Shown here in pieces: positions 42,044-52,840 of a stretch of 64,000 bases of DNA. The stretch covers positions 59,350-123,349 of the forward strand of contig JAIELG010000005.1 in the NCBI GenBank assembly GCA_019753155.1, given 5' to 3'. Source of the DNA: Burkholderiales bacterium (GTDB lineage: Bacteria > Pseudomonadota > Gammaproteobacteria > Burkholderiales > JABEVD01). The first letter of the stretch is position 1. Each line of letters begins with the position of its first letter. The position numbers and the translations under genes are program-made. The notes beneath the pieces were generated by a model. It was not told where the DNA came from, ran no database searches, and was given only the letters and a program-made list of their open reading frames with translations.

Positions 42044-44093
42044 TCATGCAATTAAATACCATTTCTTGTTTGCCGCCCTGTATACAAGAGAGAATGCCGT
42101 ATTTGCGGCAATTGCAGAGGGAACCAGCGACAAGTCATCGACATTGACTGTAACGCCGGTTGCAGCAGTGCCGGCCGCCGCTGCCAGTGTTATCGTATAG
42201 GTTGTTGCAGGGGCGACAGGTGGCGCAATAGCCGTAATTGTAGTGATGAGCGCGGCTCCGGCAACGCCTGCGCCGGGTATTTTTATCGTATCCCCCACGG
42301 CAAAATCTCTCGTGGTATTGACGGAAAGGAAGGAAGAGCCTGCAGCAATACTCCCATTCAGGGTATTTGCCGGGGCTGATCCTATATTCATGGCGATTGC
42401 CTGGGTGGAGGAACAATGATAGCGACTGATTATTTACCCTTGCAGGCAGGTTTATATTGGATGAAGCGATTGCAGATGCCGGCTCAAAGACCATGGCATC
42501 GGTATCATTGTTGATCGCGAGATTGAACGCACCTGCCGGTGCAAGGTATTGAATGGTGCGTCCAGCCTTGGGAATGGCGTGGGCCGTGAACTGCGAGCAG
42601 TTTCCGACAAAAGAGACGGGGCTGAGGTCGGTCCAGGTGGCCTCCATTTTATTGACGGCGAGGTTTTGCCCCGGACCGATAATGGTGCAGGGATAGCTTT
42701 GGGGGGTAAATGGGTGAGGCACGGCTGCTATGATGCGCGGCCCTGTCAGGATGCTGTAACAAAACGTTGAGAACGCATAAGTCAATTTGGCCAACGACGC
42801 GGGGGAAGTCAGGATGATCGTGGGATTGATCAGTGTTTGATTGAACCCCTGCAGAAAAATTGCGATCCCGTATGGGGGCGCCGCCGCCCCTGCGCTAAAC
42901 TCCTCGATGGTCGGATTCAGAACCAATGTATTCTGGCCCCGCAAATATAATTGCCCTTCTGACACGAGGCGCGTAAACGTGCAGTTGAACCCGAAATCAT
43001 CAATGGCTATTCCGTTCATGCAGCCAGTCAGGAAAAAATCGAAGGTATTGTATACGCCGCCATTGATGACTACGGCGGTATTGGTCGTGATATTCGAGAC
43101 TACCCTGAACGCGCAGTTGTATACATTGTTCGCATCGATGCATTGTATTTCCAACGCCCTGAATGAAGTAAGAACCGCGAAGTCAAAATTCGACCTGGAT
43201 ACCGCGAACACGCCGTTTGCCGACACCAAGACTGCGGCTGCCGTTGCCGCCGGATTCCCGGTTACCGAAAAACCTGCAATATCAAGCGACAACAACTGCC
43301 CGGTAGTTGCGTCTGAAGTGATATTGATCGCGGGATTGCCGGTAGTTTTCTGGATGAAAACGGTGGCGTCATAGCCGGAACCGTGAAATTTAACGCCGTT
43401 TTGAATGCGCAGATTATCCACCAGATATTTTCCGGGCGGCACGATGATATGTTTTGTTACGGTCTGCGCAAGGGTGAATGCAGCCGTGTTATCTGTGCCC
43501 GTGGTTCCGTTGTAGTCCCCTTTTGCTCCGGCGCACAATACGCTGAGTCCGGTGATGTCGACGGAATTCCATCTTCCCGTGGCCGGAGCCGAGTTCGGCT
43601 GGTAAATGGTGAAATCGTTGCCTGCTCGGGTGTCTGTCGCATTCCAGAAAAGAGACTGACTTCCTCCGTCACCTGGCATGTAGTAACCCAGCAGATTTGT
43701 TACCAGAGCAGATCCCGTCGGCACCGGCAGCGCTTTCAGTGCCGCCACATTATCGACTTCTGTCGAATTCAGTGCCGAGTCAAGCATGATCGTCGCCTGT
43801 TTGGATATGGTGGCGGCATCGATGTCACTCAGGTCCGGATAGGGCAGTTTCAGCGATGGCGTGAAGGATGTTGTGATGGCATAGGAGAGTCCGGAGGCAG
43901 TCGCATCTGCATAGGGGGTGGTCAGGGTCAGGTGGGTGTCGTCAGTCACCACGCCTACTACGTATGGGGCGGATGAGCCAGTCAGAGTAAAGAGGCTGTA
44001 GGGCGGAACATTGGCCAGAAACGCCGTGCCTGTCCCCACTACCGCATGGCTTCCACTGGTGAGGCTTACTGTTCCCGTTCTGTATTGGCTCAT
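42044..44093 (-). pseudogene. Phage tailspike/tail-fibre-like beta-helix protein with a 1-nt frameshift near 42410
   Basis: N-terminal YRTGTVSLTSGSHAVVGTGTAF anchor, LGYY.PGDGG, GAKGD...DNTAAF...VPPGKY pectate-lyase-3-like start; C-terminus continues in ORF 42044-42391. Confidence 0.78.
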
Positions 44094-44280
44094 TCGAGTT
44101 CCTCGATTTGGATTCAGGGGCGGCATGGCAAGCTTTACACCGATGCTGCTCGCTGCAGTATAGGCAATGAAAATATCCCTGCATGGCCTGGCTGCGAAAG
44201 TTTTGTCAGGCAATCCGTCATCGCTTCGCGGCCGAAAACGTTATGGTCACTGTAGCGGCATCCAAATCACACAGGAGATC

Positions 44281-44655
44281 ATGATGATTAAACCGATTTT
44301 GATTGCGCTCTCGACGCTTCTGGCCGCTTCGGCCCTTCCCATGGCCCAGGCGACGGAAGGCGATATCAGGCAGGACACGCACGACATCCGTCAGGACAAT
44401 CGCGATATCCGACGCGACGATGCCCGTATCGGCCGGGAAAACAGGGATATCGCTCGCGACAGGCAGAGCCTGCGTCGCGACGAAAAGAACGGCAACGAAC
44501 GCGCCGAGAACCGGGATCGCCGTGACATGAGCCAGGATCGCGTGGAACGGAGCCGGGAGCTGCGCGACCGGAACCATGACAGGCGGGATCGCAATCATGA
44601 CCGCAAGGATCGACGGCAGGATCGCCGTGAACGCGAAACGCGTGAAACTCGTTGA
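44281..44655 (+). CDS. Secreted Asp/Arg-rich heptad-repeat protein
   Basis: CAGGAG RBS, signal peptide (AQA-TE), DIRQDxx/DRxxDRR 7-aa repeats. Confidence 0.75.
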   Translation: MMIKPILIALSTLLAASALPMAQATEGDIRQDTHDIRQDNRDIRRDDARIGRENRDIARDRQSLRRDEKNGNERAENRDRRDMSQDRVERSRELRDRNHDRRDRNHDRKDRRQDRRERETRETR

Positions 44656-44668
44656 AACCGGCCTTCCA

Positions 44669-46129
44669 ATGAAACTTGTTCTGCTGGTCGTGCTCGTTTT
44701 TTCTGCCGTCACGGCCAGGGCTGAACTTCCACCCGACGCAAAAGCGCTCCACGTATTGAACCGGCTGGGTTTCGGACCTGCCCCGGGCGATATGCGGCGC
44801 ATCGAATCCATGGGGATCGAAAACTATATTCAGGCGCAGCTTGATCCCGAATCCATGCCTCTTCCACCGAAGCTCGCGGCTCAACTGGACGGCCTCGATA
44901 CCTTGCACCTCGATCCGGTTCAGTTGTTCGGCAAGTACGGCCCGCCGCTTCCGGCAAGGGGGGAGAAAATCGATCCGCAAGCCGCGAAAGATTCACGCCG
45001 GAGAGCGCATGTCATACTGGAACAGGCGGCACAGGCGAGGCTCTTGCGGGCCATGGAAAGCCCCCGGCAGTTGCAGGAAGTCATGGTGGATTTCTGGTTC
45101 AACCACTTCAATGTTTTCGCCGAAAAAGGGCTGGATTATCTCTGGATCGGGGCCTACGAGGAAGAAGCCATACGTCCCCATGTTCTGGGGCATTTCAGGG
45201 ATATCCTGGGTGCGACGGCGAGGCACCCCGCGATGCTGTTCTATCTGGACAACTGGCTGAATACCGCCCCCGATAGTCCCGGAGTCCACGGCCAGTTTGA
45301 AGGGCTGAACGAAAATTATGCGCGCGAGATCATGGAACTGCATACGGTGAGTCGCGGCTATACCCAGCAGGATGTCGTTACCCTGGCGCAGATTCTGACT
45401 GGGCGGGGCCTGAGGCTGGGCAGATTCGGCGGCGATGCGGGCGACGGCTTTTTCTTCGACCGGCGGCGCCACGATTTCAGCGACAAGATGTTCCTCGGGC
45501 AAAAGATCAAGGGCAGGGGCGAGGCCGAAGGGGAGGCGGCGCTGGATCTCCTGGCGAAGAGCCCGGATACCGCGCGCCATATCAGTTACGAACTCGCCCA
45601 GTATTTCGTTTCCGACCAGCCCGATCCGGTGCTGGTGGACAAGCTTGCCAGGCGTTTCCTGGATACGGACGGGAATATCCGCGCTGTGCTGGATGCCTTG
45701 TTCCACAGCCAGCAGTTCTGGGACGAAAAGAATGTGGGGAACAAATTCAAGACGCCTTACGAATACGTCGTTTCCGCAGTGCGCGCAAGCGGGGAGGACG
45801 TGGATAATTTTCGCCCGCTCACGGGCATGCTGCAACAGCTTGGGCAGCCCCTGTACGGATGCCAGACTCCGGACGGCTACAAGAATACCCAGGCGGCCTG
45901 GCTGAGCCCCGACTCGATGATGCGCCGCCTGAATTTTGCCACTGCCTTGGGCAGCGGCTACCTGCCGCTGGCGGCTCCCGGACAGCGCTCTGAACCTGTC
46001 GATCCCGAACGGCTTGCCGACACTCTGGGGCGGCAGTTTTCTCTCCGCACGTCCGGCGCGGTGGATGCGGCGCCCCGGATGCTCAAGCCTGCGTTGATCC
46101 TGGGCAGCCCCGAATTCATGCGCCGTTGA
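44669..46129 (+). CDS. DUF1800 family protein
   Basis: HVLNRLGFGP, QLQEVMVDFWFNHFNV, HPAMLFYLDN, NENYAREIMELHT, KFKTPYE, SPEFMRR. Confidence 0.92.
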   Translation: MKLVLLVVLVFSAVTARAELPPDAKALHVLNRLGFGPAPGDMRRIESMGIENYIQAQLDPESMPLPPKLAAQLDGLDTLHLDPVQLFGKYGPPLPARGEKIDPQAAKDSRRRAHVILEQAAQARLLRAMESPRQLQEVMVDFWFNHFNVFAEKGLDYLWIGAYEEEAIRPHVLGHFRDILGATARHPAMLFYLDNWLNTAPDSPGVHGQFEGLNENYAREIMELHTVSRGYTQQDVVTLAQILTGRGLRLGRFGGDAGDGFFFDRRRHDFSDKMFLGQKIKGRGEAEGEAALDLLAKSPDTARHISYELAQYFVSDQPDPVLVDKLARRFLDTDGNIRAVLDALFHSQQFWDEKNVGNKFKTPYEYVVSAVRASGEDVDNFRPLTGMLQQLGQPLYGCQTPDGYKNTQAAWLSPDSMMRRLNFATALGSGYLPLAAPGQRSEPVDPERLADTLGRQFSLRTSGAVDAAPRMLKPALILGSPEFMRR

Positions 46130-46139
46130 GGAGAGAAGA

Positions 46140-47351
46140 ATGAATAGACGGGAATTCCTGAAGGTGTCCGGCCTTGCGCTGGGATCGCTGCCCCTGTGTC
46201 GAAGCGGATGGGCCGCTCCCGGTTCCGGCAGGCGCCTCGTGGTCGTGTTCCTGCGCGGTGCCGTAGACGGCCTGAGCGTGGTGGTGCCCCATGGCGAGTC
46301 CGCCTATTACGAAAGCCGGCCCACCATCGCGATTCCACGTCCGGGAATCGAGGGCGGTGCGCTGGATCTGGACGGACATTTCGGCCTGCATCCCGCGCTC
46401 GCCGCGCTGATGCCGCTGTGGCAACAGGGCGCGCTGGCCTTCGTGCATGCTTCCGGCTCGCCCGATCCAAGTCGTTCCCATTTCGATGCCCAGGACTATA
46501 TGGAGAGCGGCACTCCCGGCGCGAAAAATACGTCCGACGGCTGGATGAACCGGTTGCTGTCCGTCCTGCCCGGCGAACGCTCGCCCACGGAAGCGGTGAG
46601 TTTCGGTCCCACGCTGCCGCGCATCATGACGGGAAAAATGAACGTGGCCAATCTCCCCATGGGGAAAAATGCCGCCCATCCCATGCCGATGGACCGGCCC
46701 ATCATAGCGGAGGCATTCGACCGCATTTATGCCGGAGACGACGATCTCGGTCGAGCCTACAGGGAAGGCAAGGCCGCCCGCGGGCAACTCCTCGCCGAAC
46801 TTCAGAAAGACGGGAAGGAGGCGGACAATGGCGCCCCGATGCCCACGGGATTCCCCTCGGATGCCCAGTGGCTGGCGAAATTGATTGCACGGGACAAAAG
46901 CATAAGCCTTGCGTTTCTCGCCCTGGGCGGGTGGGACACCCATGTGAATCAGGGCGGACAACTCGCCAATCATTTGCGGCCCCTGGGCGAAGGGCTGGCC
47001 GTTTTTGCACGGGAACTGGGGCCGGAACTGGCCGACACCACCGTGCTGGTGATGTCTGAATTCGGACGCACCGTCCGGGAAAACGGCAACGGCGGGACCG
47101 ATCATGGGCACGGCAATGTCATGTGGCTTCTGGGCGGGGCGGTCGGGGGCGGCAAGGTCTACGGCAGTTGGCCTGGCCTGGGTGGGCAGGATTTGTATCA
47201 GGGGCGTGATCTTGCCGTGACCACGGATTTTCGCCACGTCGCAGCCCAGGTGCTCCAGAGGCACCTGCGATTGTCGGATGCCCATCTGGAACGGATTTTT
47301 CCGGGCATGCCGGCGGGAAACGCCGGACTGTCGGGATTGATCAAGGCATAG
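46140..47351 (+). CDS. DUF1501 family protein with Tat signal
   Basis: MNRREFL, VFLRGAVDGL, SRSHFDAQ, GGWDTH, SEFGRTVREN, GTDHGHG, TTDFR. Confidence 0.92.
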   Translation: MNRREFLKVSGLALGSLPLCRSGWAAPGSGRRLVVVFLRGAVDGLSVVVPHGESAYYESRPTIAIPRPGIEGGALDLDGHFGLHPALAALMPLWQQGALAFVHASGSPDPSRSHFDAQDYMESGTPGAKNTSDGWMNRLLSVLPGERSPTEAVSFGPTLPRIMTGKMNVANLPMGKNAAHPMPMDRPIIAEAFDRIYAGDDDLGRAYREGKAARGQLLAELQKDGKEADNGAPMPTGFPSDAQWLAKLIARDKSISLAFLALGGWDTHVNQGGQLANHLRPLGEGLAVFARELGPELADTTVLVMSEFGRTVRENGNGGTDHGHGNVMWLLGGAVGGGKVYGSWPGLGGQDLYQGRDLAVTTDFRHVAAQVLQRHLRLSDAHLERIFPGMPAGNAGLSGLIKA

Positions 47352-47456
47352 CTAAATTTCGAGCCAGATGACGATGACAAACGCTGCAAACAGGCCGCGA
47401 TGGACTCACCTCCGCGACCACCCGGCGTTGATCATCCTGTCATTGCATAACTCGTC

Positions 47457-47858
47457 TCAAAACGAGTTGAAGATATCGCCCACGACTTCTTCCGCGATGC
47501 CGAATCCGGCGCCCATGCCAAGGCCGCTGACCAGGTTGCCCATGAAACCGCCACCGAATCCCTGATTCTGTCCGCCCATCCAGCCGCGCGGCTGCATCAT
47601 GGGCTGGGGATGGGTTTGCAGTTGCTGTTCGAGCATCTGGATGTACTGGGCCATCTGCTGCAGCATCTGGGTGGACATCTGGTTGTATCCCTGAACCGAC
47701 ATGGCTATTTCACGCAGATCCATTGCGAGTTCCCTGCCTGTTGCCTCGTCTTTCGCTCCGCTCCTCAGGCGCTGGGCCAGGGTTTGCATCTGCTGCAGGA
47801 TGGCCTGGGATTGCTGCAGCAACTGCCCGGCCTGCTGTTCTGCGATCTGATAATCCAA
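47457..47858 (-). CDS. Gln/Met-rich helical protein with a Gly-rich hydrophobic C-terminus
   Basis: AAGGAG RBS before a TTG start; coherent composition. Confidence 0.75.
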   Translation of the reverse strand: MDYQIAEQQAGQLLQQSQAILQQMQTLAQRLRSGAKDEATGRELAMDLREIAMSVQGYNQMSTQMLQQMAQYIQMLEQQLQTHPQPMMQPRGWMGGQNQGFGGGFMGNLVSGLGMGAGFGIAEEVVGDIFNSF

Positions 47859-47916
47859 TTTCTTCTCCTTGGGGTTAAAGATTCTGCTTTGATCGAAAGT
47901 CTGCGAAATAGTTCTT

Positions 47917-49176
47917 TCATGCTTTCCTGCTCATGGCTGCGGCGAAAAATCCGTCCGTGCCATGGGTGTCGGGGCGAAGCTCCAGGTATTTCCCCGTATC
48001 GAGTTCGATATGCTGCGACTTGAGTATTTCGGAACAATCGAGCAATTCGAATTGGGGGTGGGATTCCAGGAATGCTGCGATGATTTCCTGGTTTTCCTCG
48101 GGCAGGATGCTGCAAGTCGCATAGACGAGCCGCCCGCCGGGCTTCACCAGGACGGAGGCGCCGGCAAGTATGGCCGCCTGCTTCTTTGCGAGTTCATCCA
48201 GGCTTTCCTCGGACTGGCGCCATTTCAGGTCCGGATTGCGGCGCAGGGTGCCCAGCCCGCTGCATGGGGCGTCCACCAGCACCTTGTCTATCTTGCCCGA
48301 GAGGCGCTTCACCTTGATGTCGTTCTCGTTCTGGATCAGTTGCGGATTGACGTTGCTGAGTCCCGAACGCTTGAGCCTGGGTTTCAGGTTGTTCAGCCTT
48401 TTTTCGGAAACGTCGAAAGCATATAACCTGCCTGCCGAACCCATCAGCGCTCCCAGCATCAGGGTTTTCCCCCCGGCTCCGGCACAGAAGTCCACGACCA
48501 TCTCGCGTCTTTTGGGGGAGACGATATATCCCAGAAGCTGGCTGCCCTCGTCCTGGACTTCGACTTTTCCTTCGAGGAAGAGTGTGTTCTCGTTGAGTGC
48601 GAATTTATCCATGATGCGCACGCCCACAGGCGAGTAGCGGGTCGCTTCCCCGCCGAGTTCCGCCATCACTTCTTCCCTGTTCGCCTTGATCGTGTTCACC
48701 CTGAGATCGAGCGGCGCCTGCTGCTGCAGGCTTCTTCCGAGCGCGAGAATTTCTTCGTCGCCCATGAAGGATTTTAGTCTTGAGACGACCCATGGCGGGA
48801 GTTCCGCCTTCACTTCGAGCGGCATGTCTTCGATTTGAACGGCTTTCACCGAGGCGAGCCATTTCTCTTCCGATTCGGAAAGATAAGGCTGCAACTCCCT
48901 CAGGTTCATGCCCTCGATGCGCGACAGGTAGGCGAGCACGGTTTTCCTGGGCGCGCCGTGCTTGCCGTCCACTTTTTCCAGCACATGATCGATGAAGCTG
49001 CGCTTTCTCAGTATGCCGAAAACGGTCTCGGCAACGAACGCGCGTTCGGACCTGCCCGCCTTGGGGTTGTCCTGGAAAAATCTGCGCAGGCCGACATCCG
49101 CCGGCTCATGCAAGGGTGCGATTCTGCGCATCGCTTCGACTGCAAGCTCGAGGCGCATTCCGTTCAGTCTTTTCAT
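47917..49176 (-). CDS. RsmB/NOP family RNA m5C methyltransferase
   Basis: EVQDEGSQ, DFCAGAGGKT, LVDAPCSGLG, LVYATCS, DGFF. Confidence 0.93.
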   Translation of the reverse strand: MKRLNGMRLELAVEAMRRIAPLHEPADVGLRRFFQDNPKAGRSERAFVAETVFGILRKRSFIDHVLEKVDGKHGAPRKTVLAYLSRIEGMNLRELQPYLSESEEKWLASVKAVQIEDMPLEVKAELPPWVVSRLKSFMGDEEILALGRSLQQQAPLDLRVNTIKANREEVMAELGGEATRYSPVGVRIMDKFALNENTLFLEGKVEVQDEGSQLLGYIVSPKRREMVVDFCAGAGGKTLMLGALMGSAGRLYAFDVSEKRLNNLKPRLKRSGLSNVNPQLIQNENDIKVKRLSGKIDKVLVDAPCSGLGTLRRNPDLKWRQSEESLDELAKKQAAILAGASVLVKPGGRLVYATCSILPEENQEIIAAFLESHPQFELLDCSEILKSQHIELDTGKYLELRPDTHGTDGFFAAAMSRKA

Positions 49177-49391
49177 TTGGTTTGATGCGGGGATGGATTC
49201 GAAGAATCCTCTGATTGTACCTTAGTTTCCCGGGCTGCGATAAGGTAACGCGGTCCCGCTCGATGTATCCGCAGCAGCACATCCTGTATGGTTCATGTCT
49301 TGCGGGTCTGCCATCGAGATTGCAATGACGGCCGTCGGTGAAAACGGTTTCCTCCGCTTTTGCGAGCACCGTATTCGACGAGGGGGCGGCG

Positions 49392-50393
49392 TCACTTCTC
49401 CTCGATGTCGGAGATCACCTGTCTCATGACCTCCCCGTTTTTGTCCGCCATTTCGACCTGGACCGGCCAGTAATAGTGGTCTTCGTCTAGCCATATTTCC
49501 GTGCTCTCGACACCGGAATCGTGCAATTTCTTGAGATGCAGCGTCCTGATTTTTTGGGTTCCGGCAAGGATGGTTTCTTCCCCGAGTATGCGGTATTCGT
49601 AGGTGTCGAGCTTCCTGCCGTCAGTCGCGATGAAGCTGAAAATCCCGGATTCCGGCGGGGTGTAGGCGAACTGGTAAAGAAAACTCAATTGGTCCTGGGT
49701 CGAAGGCTCCAGATCCACTTCCCTGGAGCTTCCGCCGGAAGCGAGAACGAGCTTCATGGCTTCCCAGTCGAAATGGGCCGACTGCTGGTTTTCCACCCCT
49801 CCCCTCGTGATCGTGTAGATGTCGGGCCTCAAGCCGTTTTCCGTCACATGGCCTTCGCTGACCTGGGTGATCGTCTTCGAGACGAAAAGCGCGAAAATGC
49901 CTATCGCTTCGACCTTGTTCGTGATCACGTAGCGTCCGTCCTCCATGATGTCCCAGGTATGGGTCGCAATGCCCACATTGAGGTCTTTCCCCCTGAAAAC
50001 CCTGAATACGAGTTTCGCATGCATGGACACTTCCGTCTTCTTTCCGGCGGTTTTTGCAGCAGGCTTTTCGGCCGGCTGCGGGGCGCTTTTCGCGACGGGC
50101 TGCGGCGCGCTTTCGGCAAGCGGCGCGCTTGCAGCGAGCGGTGCGCTTGCAGCGAGCGGCGTGTTTTTCGTCGCAGGATGTGCATCAGGAGCCTTCGGGC
50201 TTCCCTTCGGTTTGGGGGGGGCGAGCGGTTTGAAATGGACGGGCTTGGGCGGGACGACGATTCGCGCCTCGATGGCGGGATTTTTCATTTCGAAATCGGG
50301 CCATTCCAATTCCGGGGTGACCCCGAAAATCAAAAGGTGAATCAGGATCGAAATCGAGAGGGCGATTAAAAGAGTTTTCGTGACGCGGTTCAT
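49392..50393 (-). CDS. DUF3108 domain protein with a Pro/Ala linker
   Basis: N-terminal anchor (SILIHL), SEG..TENGLRP, QDQLSFLYQ, EIWLD...PV; conserved position between purN and rsmB-like. Confidence 0.82.
   Translation of the reverse strand: MNRVTKTLLIALSISILIHLLIFGVTPELEWPDFEMKNPAIEARIVVPPKPVHFKPLAPPKPKGSPKAPDAHPATKNTPLAASAPLAASAPLAESAPQPVAKSAPQPAEKPAAKTAGKKTEVSMHAKLVFRVFRGKDLNVGIATHTWDIMEDGRYVITNKVEAIGIFALFVSKTITQVSEGHVTENGLRPDIYTITRGGVENQQSAHFDWEAMKLVLASGGSSREVDLEPSTQDQLSFLYQFAYTPPESGIFSFIATDGRKLDTYEYRILGEETILAGTQKIRTLHLKKLHDSGVESTEIWLDEDHYYWPVQVEMADKNGEVMRQVISDIEEK
50075..50160. repeat. 18-24 bp tandem repeats encoding PLAASA/PLAESA/PQPVAKSA
   Basis: GCGCTTGCAGCGAGCGG occurs twice, with degenerate flanking copies. 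Confidence 0.8.
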
Positions 50394-51031
50394 CTCGCAT
50401 CGAGCGACGGCGAAATCAGCGCGTCCGGCTGCATGCCGGGATTTCCGAGCAGCACCCTGTGTCCTTCCAGTTTCAGCCTGCCCAGGGCGAGCCAGCGTAT
50501 CGCTTCGGGATAGATTTTATGTTCCTGCTCCAGGACGCGCACCGAGAGCGATTCTTCGGTATCGTTTTCGAGAACGGGGACCGCAGCCTGGATGATGATC
50601 GCGCCGTGGTCGAGCTTTTCCGTCACGAAATGCACCGTGCAGCCGTGGATTCTGACGCCTTCCTCGAGCGCCCTCCGGTGGGTTCTCGTTCCCGCAAAGG
50701 CGGGGAGCAGGGAGGGATGGATGTTGACGAGGCGCCCCGAGTAGCGCGCCACGAAATCGTTTCCGAGGATGCGCATGAATCCGGCCAGAATCACGAAGTC
50801 CGGGGAATAGCCGTCTATTTTCTCCGCAAGAGCGGAATCGAAATCCTCGCGTGCCGCATAATTTCTGTGTTCGATCGCGAGCGCGGGCAATCCTCTTGCT
50901 TTTGCAATGTCCAGTCCGGGCGAATCGGCCCTGTTGCTGATGACTGCGGCAACGATGACCGGCAGGTCGGAATCCAGTATGGACAGCATGTTGCTGCCCC
51001 GGCCTGAAATCAGGATGACGATGCGTTTCAT
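50390..51031 (-). CDS. purN: Phosphoribosylglycinamide formyltransferase
   Basis: [34 protein letters not shown]. Confidence 0.97.
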   Translation of the reverse strand: MKRIVILISGRGSNMLSILDSDLPVIVAAVISNRADSPGLDIAKARGLPALAIEHRNYAAREDFDSALAEKIDGYSPDFVILAGFMRILGNDFVARYSGRLVNIHPSLLPAFAGTRTHRRALEEGVRIHGCTVHFVTEKLDHGAIIIQAAVPVLENDTEESLSVRVLEQEHKIYPEAIRWLALGRLKLEGHRVLLGNPGMQPDALISPSLDAR

Positions 51032-52074
51032 CGCGACTCCACCAGCGTTTGCGCTTCCCCTCCCTTGCGTGCCCTGATCGTTCCTATGGCCCATGCTTCC
51101 TCGCCGGCTTCGCGCAGAATCTTCATCGATGCTTCGGCATTGTCAGGGGATGTTACGACGACCATGCCTATTCCGCAGTTGAAGACCCTGTGCATCTCGG
51201 ATTCGCGCACGTTGCCCTGTTCCTTGAGCCACGAAAAGAGCGGAGGCATGGTCCATGAATCGGCCCGGAGCGCGGCAGTCAGGTTTTCAGGCAGGATACG
51301 CGGAATGTTTTCGAGCAGGCCGCCTCCCGTGATATGGGCGAGTCCTCCGGGGGGAAGCTTTTCGAAAAGTTCCAGCATGGATTTCACGTAAATCCGTGTG
51401 GGGGCCATGACGACTTCGGAAAGGGGGCGCGATTCTCCCGGCAAGATCATCGAGAGGTCGGCATTTCCCCTTTCCAGGATTTTCCTGATGAGGGAATAGC
51501 CGTTCGAATGCGCGCCGCTCGAAGCGAGTCCCAGGACGATATCGCCCTCCCGTATTGTGCTGCCGTCCAGTATCTTCGACTTTTCCACCGCCCCTACGGC
51601 GAACCCCGCAAGATCGTATTCCCCTTCCGGATACATGCCGGGCATTTCCGCAGTCTCTCCGCCGATCAAGGTGCAGCCCGCCATTTCGCACCCTGCCGCG
51701 ATGCCGCGGATCACGTCCGTCGCGGCATCCACATCGAGTTTGCCGCAGGCGAAATAATCGAGAAAGAACAGGGGCTCAGCCCCCTGCACCAGGATGTCGT
51801 TGACGCTCATCGCAACGAGGTCTATCCCGACGGTATCGTGTTTTTTCAGCATGAAGGCAAGCTTGAGTTTGGTGCCCACGCCGTCGGTTCCCGAAACCAG
51901 CACAGGTTCCCTGTATTTTTTTGAAATCTCGAACAGCGCGCCGAAGCCGCCTATGCCGCCGAGAACGCCTTCTCGCAGGGTTTTTCTGGCATAGGGTTTG
52001 ATGTTTTCGATCAGCCTGTCGCCCGCGTCGATGTCCACGCCGGCGTCTTTATAGGAAAGGGAGTCTGGATTCAC
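51028..52074 (-). CDS. purM: AIR synthetase
   Basis: [39 protein letters not shown] start. Confidence 0.97.
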   Translation of the reverse strand: MNPDSLSYKDAGVDIDAGDRLIENIKPYARKTLREGVLGGIGGFGALFEISKKYREPVLVSGTDGVGTKLKLAFMLKKHDTVGIDLVAMSVNDILVQGAEPLFFLDYFACGKLDVDAATDVIRGIAAGCEMAGCTLIGGETAEMPGMYPEGEYDLAGFAVGAVEKSKILDGSTIREGDIVLGLASSGAHSNGYSLIRKILERGNADLSMILPGESRPLSEVVMAPTRIYVKSMLELFEKLPPGGLAHITGGGLLENIPRILPENLTAALRADSWTMPPLFSWLKEQGNVRESEMHRVFNCGIGMVVVTSPDNAEASMKILREAGEEAWAIGTIRARKGGEAQTLVESR

Positions 52075-52138
52075 GATGGGTTCTCTTCGAAAATGGAATG
52101 CACTAAAATTACGAAATCTTTCACGGATTTTACCGCAA

Positions 52139-52840
52139 ATGAACCTCGAACGCTTTGGCGCGCAACAACTGCTTCTGGATTTATCCTCGGGCAACCCCAC
52201 CCTTGCCAATTTCGTCGCGGGGGGCAATGCCGAAGTATTACAGATGCTGAAGGATCTTCTCGCGCGCAGACTGGATGAAGGCATGATCTACCTCTGGGGG
52301 GAAGCGGGCTGCGGCAAAAGCCACCTGCTTCTGGCATGCATGGAGGAAGCCAGGAAAAGCGGAATCGAATCCATCCATGTTTCCTGCCGTGCCGGCGTCC
52401 GCTTCGACCTGGATGCGGATTTCGTCGCGGTGGACGATGTCGAAAATCTGGACGATGAAGGCCAGATCGGCCTGTTTCATCTTTACAACCGCTTGCGCGA
52501 AAGGGGCGGGATGCTGCTCGCGAGCGGGAATGTGCCGCCTGCGGGAGCCGCTTTGAGGGCGGATCTCTCCACAAGGCTGGGATGGGGGCTCGTCTATCAG
52601 GTTCACGCCCTGTGCGACGAGGAAAAGCGCGACGCGATCAAGGCGCATGCGAGGGCGCGCGGCTTCGAAATATCAGTGGAAGTGGTCGACTATTTGATGC
52701 ATCATATCCGACGCGATCTCGCCACGCTCGTGAAGATGCTCGATGCGCTCGACGAATATTCGCGCCGCGAGAAGCGCCCGATCACGATTCCCATGCTGAA
52801 GGAAATCATGCGACAAGATGGAAAGACGCAATGCGTTTAG
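52139..52840 (+). CDS. hda: DnaA regulatory inactivator Hda
   Basis: QQLLLDL clamp-binding motif, [28 protein letters not shown]. Confidence 0.93.
   Translation: MNLERFGAQQLLLDLSSGNPTLANFVAGGNAEVLQMLKDLLARRLDEGMIYLWGEAGCGKSHLLLACMEEARKSGIESIHVSCRAGVRFDLDADFVAVDDVENLDDEGQIGLFHLYNRLRERGGMLLASGNVPPAGAALRADLSTRLGWGLVYQVHALCDEEKRDAIKAHARARGFEISVEVVDYLMHHIRRDLATLVKMLDALDEYSRREKRPITIPMLKEIMRQDGKTQCV

Noticed and set aside
42395..42420. Programmed frameshift in the tailspike gene
   Set aside because: No slippery sequence or homopolymer; a single-base insertion or sequencing error is simpler
44360..44650. Possible CRISPR-like or non-coding repeat array
   Set aside because: The 21-nt periodicity is explained by a coding heptad repeat; no spacers or cas genes
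49177..49391. Possible small RNA or ORF in a ~215-nt gap
   Set aside because: No recognisable RNA motif, terminator or RBS-supported ORF
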